Shown: one piece after another, positions 8,682 through 17,894 of the stretch
How positions within the stretch are numbered: position 1 is the first letter of the stretch
Layout: each line of letters begins with the position of its first letter
DNA from: an uncultured Nitrospira sp.
GTDB lineage: Bacteria; Nitrospirota; Nitrospiria; Nitrospirales; Nitrospiraceae
Length of the DNA: 26,759 nucleotides
NCBI GenBank assembly: GCA_964616355.1
Contig: CAZTUO010000001.1
Coordinates: forward strand, 23,102 to 49,860
Direction of reading: 5' to 3'
The notes under the pieces: model-generated
What the model was told of the DNA's origin: nothing
Databases searched by the model: none
What the model saw: only the letters and a program-made list of their open reading frames with translations
Program-made: the position numbers and the translations under genes

Positions 8682-9635
8682 CTACCGAGACTGAGCTACC
8701 CCGGCCGACCCGGCGGGGAGGGTGTCGCCAGAGCCCTCCGGTTCGAGCTGCAGCTCGGCGAGGACGGTCCGGCAGAGACGCAGGAACTCCCGGGCTGCTA
8801 GGCCGAGGTGCCGTCCGGCCAGATGGATGAGGCCCACGGAATGGCGCGGAACCGGCTCATACAGGGGGATGGCGCGCAGCGCGGCCTCTTGCAGGCGCGG
8901 GCGGACGTAGAGCTCCGGAAGAATGGTGAACCCCGCGCCGTGACGGATTGCTTCGAGGATCCCGTCCGGGGACGTCATCTCGACCGAGACCTGCGGCCGC
9001 ACGCCGGCGGCTGCACACTCAGCCTCGATCATCTTGCGGAGGCAGTAGTCCGCCGGCATGAGCACCAACGGAAGCTCCGCCAGCTCGCGCATCCGCATCC
9101 GGTTCCGCAAGTGGCGAACCTGCGCCGGCGCGACCAGCACGAGCCGCTCCTGAAACAGTCGTGACACGACCACGTGCTCCTGCGGGACCGGGAGCAGGCA
9201 GAGGCCTAGGTCCAGCCGGCTCGCCAGGACGGCGGAGACGATGTCCGCGGACGGCAACGCGTGGATCTGGAGGTGCACCCCTGGGAACCGCTGCCGAAAC
9301 CGGCTGACCAGCGGCGGGATGAGGTAGGAATTGACAGTCGAGAGGGCGCCGACCTGGAGCCGCCCGCGCGCGCCGTTGGTCAGCTCGTGGATCGCCTCCC
9401 TGGCATGGTCCACCTCGCGCAAGAGGCGCTCGGCGTGCGCGCGCAGGATCTCGCCGGCCTGGGTCAACGCCACTTTCCGCCCCAACCGGTCGAAGAGCGG
9501 GGCGCCAAGTTCGTCCTCGAGCGCCGCGATCTGGACGGACAGGGAGGGTTGTGAAACGTGCAGGGTCTCAGCGGCCCGCGTAAAGCTCTGGTGCGACGCG
9601 ACGGCGAGGAAGTAGCGCAGATGCCTGAGCTCCAT
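8682..9635 (-). CDS. LysR-type transcriptional regulator, CynR-like
   Basis: HTH LRYFLAVASHQSFTRAAETLHVSQPSLS..LFDR. The N-terminal half resembles E. coli CynR as recalled; this was not aligned. Confidence 0.92.
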   Translation of the reverse strand: MELRHLRYFLAVASHQSFTRAAETLHVSQPSLSVQIAALEDELGAPLFDRLGRKVALTQAGEILRAHAERLLREVDHAREAIHELTNGARGRLQVGALSTVNSYLIPPLVSRFRQRFPGVHLQIHALPSADIVSAVLASRLDLGLCLLPVPQEHVVVSRLFQERLVLVAPAQVRHLRNRMRMRELAELPLVLMPADYCLRKMIEAECAAAGVRPQVSVEMTSPDGILEAIRHGAGFTILPELYVRPRLQEAALRAIPLYEPVPRHSVGLIHLAGRHLGLAAREFLRLCRTVLAELQLEPEGSGDTLPAGSAGVAQSR

Positions 9636-9650
9636 CGGGTCCTCTGTGCG

Positions 9651-9716
9651 ATAGATAGATTTTATTCAATGAATTGAAACAATGTATTGGACCTATGGAT
9701 CGTAACCGCGTACAGT
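9651..9716. promoter_or_regulatory. LTTR operator and promoter region between the LysR and globin genes
   Basis: ATA-N9-TAT at 9651-9665 and ATG-N9-TAT at 9682-9696, both T-N11-A; palindrome TTCAAT-GA-ATTGAA at 9665-9678; plus-strand TTGGAC (9687-9692), 18 nt, TACAGT (9711-9716). An AT-rich patch in GC-rich DNA. Confidence 0.65.
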
Positions 9717-9805
9717 GCCCTCGTCAATGGGAATCCGATCGCAGGGCGACCCGCCGCGCGACGGGCGCGGTGGGCCGTGGGGGAACTCACCACAGGGAGG
9801 GCACC

Positions 9806-10276
9806 ATGCACAGCGGAGAAGTCAGGGGGGCAAGCGGCTGGATCGCGGCCGCCGTGATGCTGGCCACGTTGAGCTGTACGGGGATGCGGACGGGAGCAGG
9901 GCCGGCGACCGGCCAGCCTCTCTATGACCGGCTCGGGGGCAAGGCAGCGATCCAGGCGGTCGTGGACGAATTCGTCGCGAACGTCGCGAAGGACGGGCGC
10001 ATCAACGGGCGCTTCGCCAACGTGGACATCCCGAAGTTAAAAGGGCATCTCGTGGACCAAGTCTGTGAGGCCACTGGCGGGCCCTGCCGGTATCGGGGTC
10101 GGGATATGAAAGCTGCCCATGCCGGCATGAGGATCACAACCGGCGACTTCAATGCCCTAGTCGAGGATCTGGTCCGTGCCCTCGACACGTTGAAGGTCCC
10201 GGAGCAGGAAAAGCAGGAGCTTCTGGCCCTGCTGGGCCGCATGCAGAAGGACATCGTGGAGCTTCCCGAGCGGTGA
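9806..10276 (+). CDS. glbN: Group I truncated (2/2) haemoglobin with a predicted lipoprotein signal
   Basis: LYDRLGG, GGP and proximal His (MKAAH) motifs. ATG at 9806 follows AGGGAGGG. Hydrophobic N-region ends LATLSC. Confidence 0.9.
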   Translation: MHSGEVRGASGWIAAAVMLATLSCTGMRTGAGPATGQPLYDRLGGKAAIQAVVDEFVANVAKDGRINGRFANVDIPKLKGHLVDQVCEATGGPCRYRGRDMKAAHAGMRITTGDFNALVEDLVRALDTLKVPEQEKQELLALLGRMQKDIVELPER

Positions 10277-10300
10277 GGGACCAGGTTGGCCCGAGGCCGA

Positions 10301-10588
10301 TCAAGGCTGCCGGTGAGCGTCGAGCACGAGGCTGGCCAGAGTCCGGAGTCGTTCGAAGTACCCGACCGCCTCTTCCGGGATGCCCGGCAGGAGTGCGTCC
10401 AGGTCGGCCAGGCAATCCGCCAGGATCTCTCTCCGCTGACGGTCGAGGCCATCGGCCGAGTCGAGAAAGTACGTCACGCAGCCGCTGATCACCGTATCGA
10501 GGGTCATCAGTTCGCCTTCGCTGGCCGTGGTGAAGATGGGCCATCCGGCATTGCGGTGGACCTCCCATAGCGCGGCAATCGCGTTCAC
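10301..10588 (-). CDS. Hypothetical protein, 95 aa, helical
   Basis: Protein-like composition; starts 30 nt after the upstream gene on the same strand. Confidence 0.65.
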   Translation of the reverse strand: MNAIAALWEVHRNAGWPIFTTASEGELMTLDTVISGCVTYFLDSADGLDRQRREILADCLADLDALLPGIPEEAVGYFERLRTLASLVLDAHRQP

Positions 10589-10618
10589 GTGGCGACCTCC
10601 CGTAGTCCGGGTCCCGGG

Positions 10619-11005
10619 TCAATGCGTCCCGAGCCAGCCGAGTGCGTTCAGCAAGAGCAGCGCCAGGGCGCACAGCGCCAGGCCGAAGAACCGGTAGTCG
10701 ATGTCATCCCGATGCAGGAGCCACTCGAGGATTCCATGGCGCCACCGCTCCGGCCCGACCGTGAACAGCAGGCCCTTCGCCACCATGAGCCCGCCAGACA
10801 GCACCCAGAGCGGCTGGTACCGGAGGCCCTCCGTCCCGACCAGGAGCAGCAGGCCGAGCAGGACGCCCACCCCTTCCCAGCGGAGCATGGCGGGGGAGAC
10901 GCCGAGGACTTCCCGCATCCGCGTCACGACGTGGCGCGGCGCGACCAATAGGGCTAGCCCGTCGGCCATCCAAATGCCGGCAATCGCTGCCAGGACGTAA
11001 TTCAT
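10619..11005 (-). CDS. Hypothetical membrane protein (about four TM helices)
   Basis: Several hydrophobic segments; same strand as and downstream of gdhA. Confidence 0.75.
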   Translation of the reverse strand: MNYVLAAIAGIWMADGLALLVAPRHVVTRMREVLGVSPAMLRWEGVGVLLGLLLLVGTEGLRYQPLWVLSGGLMVAKGLLFTVGPERWRHGILEWLLHRDDIDYRFFGLALCALALLLLNALGWLGTH

Positions 11006-11073
11006 GGCCGGAACCTCGGGCTGGCCGATGCCGCGGTCTCGCTTCTGCCGCGGTCGCCGAGGCCGTGCCCAGG

Positions 11074-12330
11074 CTATGGGTAGAGGCCGCGGGCCAGATG
11101 GGCCTGCGCCACCTTGTCAATGCCGCTCATGAGCGCGGCCATCCGCATGGAGACTCGGTGCGTCTGGGCAAACTGCAGGGTGCGCTGGAACGCGGCGGTG
11201 ATAATCTCGTAGAGCCGGTCCTGAATGTCCTTAGCGCTCCAGAAGAACCGCTGCGCATCCTGCACCCATTCGAAGTAGGAGACGATGACGCCGCCGGAGT
11301 TGGCCAGGATGTCGGGGATGATGAAGACGCCGTTCTCTTCCAGAATCTTATCGGCGTCGAGCGTCGTTGGCCCGTTGGCCCCTTCGGCCAGGATGCGGCA
11401 GCGGACGCGTGCCGCATTCTTCGCGGTGATCTGCTCGGACAGCGCCGCTGGCACCAGCACGGTGCAGTCCAGGGCTAGCAGCTCCTCGTTCGTGATAAAG
11501 TCTCCCGCTTTGCTCTCGCGGAGCGGCTGTCCTTCGTCCCGATAGCGCTGCAGCAACGCGGGCAGGTCCAAGCCCCTGGCATTGTACACCCCCCCGGAGA
11601 CGTCACTCACCGCGATCACCTTGGCGCCCGCCTCGGCCATGATCCGCGCGGTGTTGGCGCCGACGTTGCCGAAGCCCTGCACCGCCACGGTCGCCTTGTC
11701 GAGCGAGAGGCCCAGGTGCCGCATCGCCTCCAGGGTGACGTACACGACGCCGCGGCCCGTGGCATCCTCCCGCCCAAGGCTTCCGCCAATGGACAGGGGC
11801 TTCCCGGTCACGACACCGGGCACCGCGTAGCCGACCTGCTGGCTGTAGGTGTCCATGATCCAGGCCATGACCTGCGCGTTCGTCCCGACATCCGGTGCCG
11901 GTACGTCCTTGTCCGGGCCGAGCAGCGGGAAGATGTCGGCCGCGTACCGTCGGGTCAGGCGTTGCAGCTCGCCACGCGACAACTCTTTAGGCGAGACACG
12001 CACCCCGCCCTTCGCGCCCCCGTAGGGCAGGCCGGCCACCGCGCACTTCCAGGTCATCCACATGGCCAGGGCGGCCACTTCTCCCAGACTCACGGAGGGA
12101 TGGTACCGGATTCCTCCCTTCGACGGCCCGCGCGACGAATCGTGCTGCACGCGGTAGCCGGTGAACACCTTGACGCTCCCATCGTCCATTCTGATCGGCA
12201 CGCTGACGATCAACGAGCGCTCGGGTAGCTTCAGGCGCTCCCGCAGGTTGGGGTCGAGGTCCATCAATTCCGCGGCCTGATCGAACTGTGCGACCGCCAG
12301 GCGATAAGTGTCGGTATCCAATTCGGTCAC
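11074..12330 (-). CDS. gdhA: Glu/Leu/Phe/Val dehydrogenase, probably glutamate dehydrogenase
   Basis: [49 protein letters not shown] start at 12330 with GGGAGGGAG SD, overlapping the lipB stop. Confidence 0.93.
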   Translation of the reverse strand: MTELDTDTYRLAVAQFDQAAELMDLDPNLRERLKLPERSLIVSVPIRMDDGSVKVFTGYRVQHDSSRGPSKGGIRYHPSVSLGEVAALAMWMTWKCAVAGLPYGGAKGGVRVSPKELSRGELQRLTRRYAADIFPLLGPDKDVPAPDVGTNAQVMAWIMDTYSQQVGYAVPGVVTGKPLSIGGSLGREDATGRGVVYVTLEAMRHLGLSLDKATVAVQGFGNVGANTARIMAEAGAKVIAVSDVSGGVYNARGLDLPALLQRYRDEGQPLRESKAGDFITNEELLALDCTVLVPAALSEQITAKNAARVRCRILAEGANGPTTLDADKILEENGVFIIPDILANSGGVIVSYFEWVQDAQRFFWSAKDIQDRLYEIITAAFQRTLQFAQTHRVSMRMAALMSGIDKVAQAHLARGLYP

Positions 12331-13151
12331 GATGGTCTCCCTCCCGGTGGGAGAACGACTTCCCGACGCTTCTCTGCAGCTTGGGTGACCGGCTGGGCCT
12401 CTGTCCCGATCGCGTCCAGAAGGGTGACTTCGGTCCAGGTCAGCCCGAAGACTTCTGCAAACCGACTGGTCAGCCGAGCGCGAACAGCGGCCATGTCCAC
12501 GGAATGTCCGAGCAGAGCGGCCATGGAGGTGACCGACACACCCGGGATCCCGCAGGGGACGATGCGGGCGAATGGCTCCAGGTCCACGGTCACGTTGAGC
12601 GCGAACCCGTGCATCGTGATCCCGCGGACAATCCGGACCCCCACCGCCGCGATCTTCGCGGGCTGGGAGTCTCCGACCCACACCCCCGGCAGGCCTTCCC
12701 TGCGACAACCGATGATGCCCCACTCATCCAGCGTCCGGATCACGGTCTCTTCAAGCATCCGGACATAGGCCTTCGGTCCCGGACAATAGTCCTGCAATCG
12801 GAGGATCGGGTAACCCACGAGTTGACCTGGTCCATGGTAGGTGATGGACCCGCCCCGCTCCACCCACACTACAGGATGACCACCGATGTGCGAGGGGACT
12901 GCCTCACCGTGCCAGTGGGCGGGTTGCCCCCGCCGCCCAACCGTGTAAACCGGGTCGTGCTCGAGCAGGAGTAGCGTGTCCGAACAGTGGCCCGCCGCTC
13001 GGGTCTCGACAAGACGGTGTTGGAGTGCTCTGGCGGTCTCATACGCGATCTGGCTGTGTTCCATCAAGGCAGCGGGGTGACGGGCGCGCCCGGTGGGCGC
13101 CGGAATCGGTTCCGTCAAAGGCCGCGTGGTGGGTCCAAGCATGAGACTCAC
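12327..13151 (-). CDS. lipB: Lipoyl(octanoyl) transferase; start uncertain
   Basis: LEHDPVYTVGRR, RGGSITYHGPGQLVGYP, KIAAVG, HGFALNV, IVPCG. Confidence 0.95.
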   Translation of the reverse strand: MSLMLGPTTRPLTEPIPAPTGRARHPAALMEHSQIAYETARALQHRLVETRAAGHCSDTLLLLEHDPVYTVGRRGQPAHWHGEAVPSHIGGHPVVWVERGGSITYHGPGQLVGYPILRLQDYCPGPKAYVRMLEETVIRTLDEWGIIGCRREGLPGVWVGDSQPAKIAAVGVRIVRGITMHGFALNVTVDLEPFARIVPCGIPGVSVTSMAALLGHSVDMAAVRARLTSRFAEVFGLTWTEVTLLDAIGTEAQPVTQAAEKRREVVLPPGGRPS

Positions 13152-13195
13152 GACCGCATCGCCGACGCGGAGATGCGGTGCCGGTGCGTGTAAAA

Positions 13196-13224
13196 ACTAT
13201 ATCACAGGGTCCCTAGGCCAGCAA
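13196..13224 (-). promoter_or_regulatory. Putative sigma70 promoter for lipB-gdhA
   Basis: Minus strand TTGCTG (13224-13219), 17 nt, TATAGT (13201-13196) with extended -10 TGn. Confidence 0.6.
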
Positions 13225-13363
13225 CGAACCGATTTCCCTACGCCACTGGAATGGTTGATCGGGCCGAGCCCCGTGGCTTCTCCCCCAATGGCCGGGACTG
13301 GCCTGGGGGCTCCGCTCACCGGGCACTCAACCACGGAGACAGATCGCCGATAGAGCAAGTACG

Positions 13364-13591
13364 ATGTCCACTCGCGGGCAGACACTGACCTGTGACGAGC
13401 GGCTTGCCGCCGAGGCCGCGTTCAGAGGGGAACCCCTGGAGCCCGGCTGGTCCCAGTCCGCGCAGGCGATTTACTTCGGCATCCTCGCGGTGACCCAAGG
13501 CCGGGATATCACGCTCTTGGCGGACAGGCTGCCAGATGAGGCGGGGATCTGCTGTGGGGAGGAATTGGCCGGCGGCGGCCGTTCTCCATGA
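13364..13591 (+). CDS. Small hypothetical protein, 75 aa
   Basis: The only plausible ORF in the gap between lipB and htrA; LTCDERLAAEAAFRGEP looks like a folded helical segment. The SD is weak. Confidence 0.55.
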   Translation: MSTRGQTLTCDERLAAEAAFRGEPLEPGWSQSAQAIYFGILAVTQGRDITLLADRLPDEAGICCGEELAGGGRSP

Positions 13592-13607
13592 GCGGGGCTG
13601 GCGCCGG

Positions 13608-14666
13608 CTAGCGGGACACTTGCGGGGCCGGCACCCTCGGCAGCGTGATAGAAAGCTGCCCGGTTTTGCGGTAGACCGACAGCTTGGCGGGAGACTCGCT
13701 CGACTGGAGAAACAGATGCCAGAAGTCACCCAGGTTGTAGATCGGCGTATTGTCAATGGCGGTGATCACGTCGCCGTCCTGAAGGCCGGATTGCGCAGCC
13801 AGCTTGACGGACGCCACCTGAACGGCGAGCACGCCGCGATCCACATCCAGGTCGAAGCTGGCGGCGACACTGGGCGTCACCGTCAGGGGCACGAACCCGA
13901 GGTCCGGCCTCAGCACAGTGCCCCGCACCATCATGGAGGCGATGTTCGGATAGGTGGCGTCAATCGAGATGGCATAGCTGATCGCCTGGGCGGCAGGCGC
14001 AACGGCCGCGTTGATCCCCACCACGTGCCCTGAGAGGTCCACGAGCGGGCCCCCGCTGTTGCCGGGATTGATTGCCGCATCGGTCTGGATCAGATCGTAC
14101 AATGTCTCACCGTTCGGAGCCAGAATGGCGCGGTCCAGGGCGCTGACGACGCCGACGGTGACCGTGGACCCCCCCTTGAGAGCGAAGGGGTTGCCGATAG
14201 CCACCACCGTTTCGCCGATCTGAAGCTCCGAGGATCGCCCGAGGCGCGCCGGCACGAGATCCTTGGCCTCGATCTTGATCAGGGCCAGGTCGAGCAGAAA
14301 ATCCCGCCCGACCACGCGGCCGGGGGTCAACCGGCCGGAGGGAAGCCCGACCACCAGGCTCTTGATCCCTTCCACCAGGTGGTTGTTCGTTAAGATAAAC
14401 CCCTGTGCATCAATAATGATCCCCGATCCCGACCCGGGCGGCAACGGATGCTGGAAGGGGTTGGGAGGGACGCCGCGGGTCATGACCGTGACGACCGAAG
14501 GTCTCACCGCTGCGACCACCTCCGCCACAGTCATAGTCTTGCTCTTGACCGGCTGGGTCGGAGGTTCGGCTGTGGCGGTGCCGAAGACGGACAGCATCAG
14601 ACCGAGGCTGAAGAGTAGGCCCAGGCCCTGTCGCGCTCGCCCGCCGGTCTGGCGCGTCACGTGCAT
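13608..14666 (-). CDS. HtrA/DegP-family trypsin-like serine protease with one PDZ domain
   Basis: GSGSG, TNNHLV (His), DLALIK (Asp), QTDAAINPGNSGGP (Ser); signal/TM segment; C-terminal GLQDGDVITAID PDZ motif. Confidence 0.93.
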   Translation of the reverse strand: MHVTRQTGGRARQGLGLLFSLGLMLSVFGTATAEPPTQPVKSKTMTVAEVVAAVRPSVVTVMTRGVPPNPFQHPLPPGSGSGIIIDAQGFILTNNHLVEGIKSLVVGLPSGRLTPGRVVGRDFLLDLALIKIEAKDLVPARLGRSSELQIGETVVAIGNPFALKGGSTVTVGVVSALDRAILAPNGETLYDLIQTDAAINPGNSGGPLVDLSGHVVGINAAVAPAAQAISYAISIDATYPNIASMMVRGTVLRPDLGFVPLTVTPSVAASFDLDVDRGVLAVQVASVKLAAQSGLQDGDVITAIDNTPIYNLGDFWHLFLQSSESPAKLSVYRKTGQLSITLPRVPAPQVSR

Positions 14667-14768
14667 CGCGGCCCCCTCCCAGGTCCCCCAACAAGTTCGT
14701 TGTGACCGCTTGCTCTCCAGCGTGTCGTTCCGGCCCAGTTTAGCAAAAACTCCCAGGTTTCTGACCAG

Positions 14769-14803
14769 AAAACAAAACGGGCGAGGCGTTGGGGCCTCGC
14801 CCG
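14769..14803 (-). terminator. Intrinsic terminator of the sigma factor gene
   Basis: 10-bp stem CGGGCGAGGC/GCCTCGCCCG (14778-14803), followed on the minus strand by TTTTGTTTT. Confidence 0.8.
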
Positions 14804-14828
14804 CTGGTCGGCCATGTCCACTGGCCTC

Positions 14829-16082
14829 CTATTTGATCGACGCGAACATCTGCATGACTTCTGGGGATTTGAGCTTCTTGAGAGCTTTCGCCTCGATCTG
14901 CCGGATTCGCTCGCGAGTGACGCACAGGTTCTGCCCGACCTGCTCCAGCGTCCAGGGCTCGTCCTGTCCGATTCCAAACCGCAACCGAATTACCGTCTGC
15001 TCCCGTGGGGTGAGGGTGCTGAGGATGCGGTCCAGTTCGCGCGACATCTCCGTACGGTGGACGTGTGAGTCTGGAGGAAGCGCTTGGCGGTCCGCAAGCA
15101 ACTCTCCGAACAGGGTCTCCCCGTCACCCACGGGGTTCTCGAGTGAGATGGGCTCCTGGAACGCCTGCAGCGTTTCCTGGATCTTCCCCGGGCCCAGCTT
15201 GAGCGCCTTGCTTAACTCTTCGGGCCGCGGCTCCCGCCCGAGCTGCTGCACCAGCCGCCGAGACGTTCGGAGGATCCGGTTCGAGGCCTCGGTGAGGTGG
15301 ACGGGAATCCGGATCGTTCGGGATTGATCCGCCAGGGCACGAGTGATTCCCTGCCGAATCCACCACGTGGCATAGGTGCTGAACTTGAACCCCTTCCGGT
15401 ACTGGTAGCGCTCGGTAGCTTTCATAAGGCCGATATTGCCTTCCTGTACCAGGTCGAGCAGTGAGAGGCCGCGACCTGTGTAATGCTTGGCAATATCCAC
15501 TACCAGGCGGAGGTTATAGCGCACCAACTCATCCTTGGCGTGTTCGAAGGCGCCCCGGGCCGCGAGGATCTCACGGCGACACGCGGCCAGGCGCTTGGCC
15601 TTCGGAGTGCCCCCCTTGCCGGCCGCCCTTGCCTCAGCGATCAGCATGTCGAGCCCAGTGGTAATCCGATCCAGGGCCGTCGCCGAAAAGCCGCTCAAGC
15701 CTAGCGCCTGGCGAAGGTTCAGGAGGGTCTGGCTAAGCGTCTCCGTCTTCCGGAGCCGGGCCCCAATTCGGATCGCTTCGCGAACCTGACGGCGGATCGT
15801 CCGAGTGCCCCGGTCTATCTGTTTCGCCAGGGCGATCTCCTCTTCGCGGGTCAGGAGCGGCCGCTCTCCAAAGGACCGGAAGTAGACAGATTCCAGCGCC
15901 AACGAGGTATCCTCCGGTTCCTCGCCCTGCGGCCTGCGTGGCTTGGCGGGGTTGGCGGGCGATGCCGCCGGGCCTTGCTCAATAAGCTCAAGAATGTCGC
16001 TGGCTTCGGAGTCATCCGCTTCCAGCTCCAGCGCCACCGCCTGCCCCCGTTCGTGGCTGTCCAATAGCAAGTCTTTTTTCAT
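14829..16082 (-). CDS. Sigma-70 family sigma factor, RpoD-like paralogue
   Basis: Region 1.2 LLTREEE; region 2 NLRLVV..QEGNIGLMKA..KFSTYATWWIRQ..RTIRIPVH; region 3; region 4 TLEQVG..VTRERIRQIEAKALKKL. Confidence 0.95.
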   Translation of the reverse strand: MKKDLLLDSHERGQAVALELEADDSEASDILELIEQGPAASPANPAKPRRPQGEEPEDTSLALESVYFRSFGERPLLTREEEIALAKQIDRGTRTIRRQVREAIRIGARLRKTETLSQTLLNLRQALGLSGFSATALDRITTGLDMLIAEARAAGKGGTPKAKRLAACRREILAARGAFEHAKDELVRYNLRLVVDIAKHYTGRGLSLLDLVQEGNIGLMKATERYQYRKGFKFSTYATWWIRQGITRALADQSRTIRIPVHLTEASNRILRTSRRLVQQLGREPRPEELSKALKLGPGKIQETLQAFQEPISLENPVGDGETLFGELLADRQALPPDSHVHRTEMSRELDRILSTLTPREQTVIRLRFGIGQDEPWTLEQVGQNLCVTRERIRQIEAKALKKLKSPEVMQMFASIK

Positions 16083-16366
16083 GATCTCCGTGCCCTCTTA
16101 CGTTCGGCGCCTATGACCCTCTCCTCCCCGGCCTCTCCATGAGACACCTCGGCCCCATACCCTCATTAGTGTCGGGCAGGAGTCAAAGGATTCGCCCCAA
16201 GCCGAGCCGTCAGGAGAAGCTCCTCGTCAGAGGCCCATACCGACGGAAGGGTGAACCAGGAGACGAGAAGGTTTGGTTCCAGTTAAAATAAATCGGGCGA
16301 CCGCAAAATCAAGGGGGAGTAGTCAAAGAGGGAAAATAGCCATAACTCAGCGAAACATCATGACTT

Positions 16367-17062
16367 TTACTCGAAAATGCTGAACCGGTCTAAATCCTCC
16401 TCCTTGCCAATGACCACGAGGACATCCCCCTTTTCCACGGTATCTTCCAGGGAGGGGGTAAAGTTGAACACTTCGTCCTTGACCATGCGTCCCTTCACCA
16501 TCCGGGTGACCTGCTTTTTAATCCCGATCACGTTCAGCCGGTACTGCTCACGGATACGCGCCTCCTGCAAGCGCAGCCCGGCTAGCTTGTCCGGAACCGT
16601 AATCTCCTCAATGCTGTAGCCCGGGGCGAGCTCCAGGTACTCCAGCACCTTGGGGGACACCAGCCGGTGGGCCAGCCGGATCGCCGCGTCCCGCTCGGGG
16701 TAGATGACCTCGTTGACACCGAGGTTCGTGAGGATCTTGCCGTGGGTATTGGTGACCGCCTTGGCGATGATAGACTTAATCCCCATCTCCTTCAGGGTCT
16801 GGACGATGAGGATGCTAGCCTCGATGTTCTCCCCGATGCTCACGACCGCCACATCCACGTTCTGGGTGCTGACGGCCTTGAGGGCCCGTTCATCAGTCGC
16901 ATCGCACTGCACGGCAAACGTCACTAAGTCGCTGATGGCCTGGATCTTGGTCTCATCGCGGTCAATGGCGAGGACCTCGCACCCCTTCTTGACGAGCGTT
17001 TCTGCGACGCTGTAGCCAAACCGGCCCAGGCCGATCACCGCAAATTGCCGCTTGGTCGCCAC
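16367..17062 (-). CDS. trkA: TrkA/KtrA family potassium-transport RCK subunit
   Basis: FAVIGLGRFG Rossmann motif, DATD, IIAKA, YPERDAA, C-terminal TrkA_C domain (GDVLVVIG). GTG start at 17062 is inferred. Confidence 0.9.
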   Translation of the reverse strand: MATKRQFAVIGLGRFGYSVAETLVKKGCEVLAIDRDETKIQAISDLVTFAVQCDATDERALKAVSTQNVDVAVVSIGENIEASILIVQTLKEMGIKSIIAKAVTNTHGKILTNLGVNEVIYPERDAAIRLAHRLVSPKVLEYLELAPGYSIEEITVPDKLAGLRLQEARIREQYRLNVIGIKKQVTRMVKGRMVKDEVFNFTPSLEDTVEKGDVLVVIGKEEDLDRFSIFE

Positions 17063-17093
17063 GTGTTCCCCCAGGTGCTGTGGTGGCAGGGCG

Positions 17094-17894
17094 TCATTCC
17101 GACCCGCGGCGAGCGGGGCCCTGCTCCTGGTTTGCAAAACTCTTCATGAGTGGCGTGAGGATGTCAATGGGGACCGGGAAGATCGTCGTCGAGTTCTTCT
17201 CCGCGGAGATCTCCACTAGCGTCTGCAGATACCGGAGCTGCAGGGCCATCGGGTGCTGGGCCATCACCTGGGCCGCTTCGGCCAGGCGCTGGGCGGCCTG
17301 GTATTCCCCCTCCGCGTGGATGATCTTCGAGCGCCGCTCCCGCTCGGCTTCCGCCTGCCGCGCGATCGCACGTTGCATCTCCTGGGGCAGGTCCACGTTC
17401 TTGACCTCGACCGCCGACACCTTCACGCCCCAGGGCTCGGTCTGTTCGTCAATGATCCGCTGGAGCTGCGTGTTGATCTCGTCGCGTTTGGCGAGCAGGT
17501 CGTCCAGGTTGCTCTGCCCCAGCACGCTGCGGAGCGTGGTCTGGGCCATCATCGAGGTTGCATACAGGTAGTCTTCGACCTCCACGATGGCCCGTTGCTG
17601 GTCCACGACCCGGAAGTAGATCACCGCGTTCACCTTCACGGAGACGTTGTCCTTGGTGATGACGTCTTGCGGCGGCACGTCCATGGCCACCGTCCGCAGG
17701 CTCACTCGCACGAGCTTGTCTATGAACGGGATGATCACGACGACGCCGGGCCCGTTGCCGCCAATGATGCCGCTGGCCAGGCGGCCGAATCGGAAGACGA
17801 CCGCGCGCTCGTACTCGCGCAGCACATGGAAGCCCATCGCGACGAGTAAGCCGGCGAGGACCACCAGAACCAGAGGGCTGAACAGCAGACTCAT
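17094..17894 (-). CDS. SPFH/stomatin (slipin) family protein
   Basis: [53 protein letters not shown]. Confidence 0.95.
   Translation of the reverse strand: MSLLFSPLVLVVLAGLLVAMGFHVLREYERAVVFRFGRLASGIIGGNGPGVVVIIPFIDKLVRVSLRTVAMDVPPQDVITKDNVSVKVNAVIYFRVVDQQRAIVEVEDYLYATSMMAQTTLRSVLGQSNLDDLLAKRDEINTQLQRIIDEQTEPWGVKVSAVEVKNVDLPQEMQRAIARQAEAERERRSKIIHAEGEYQAAQRLAEAAQVMAQHPMALQLRYLQTLVEISAEKNSTTIFPVPIDILTPLMKSFANQEQGPARRGSE

Noticed and set aside
16083-16366. Promoter and repeat candidates upstream of the sigma gene (CCCATACC twice; TTGATT-16-TATTTT)
   Set aside because: The matches are short or poorly spaced and cannot be told from chance.
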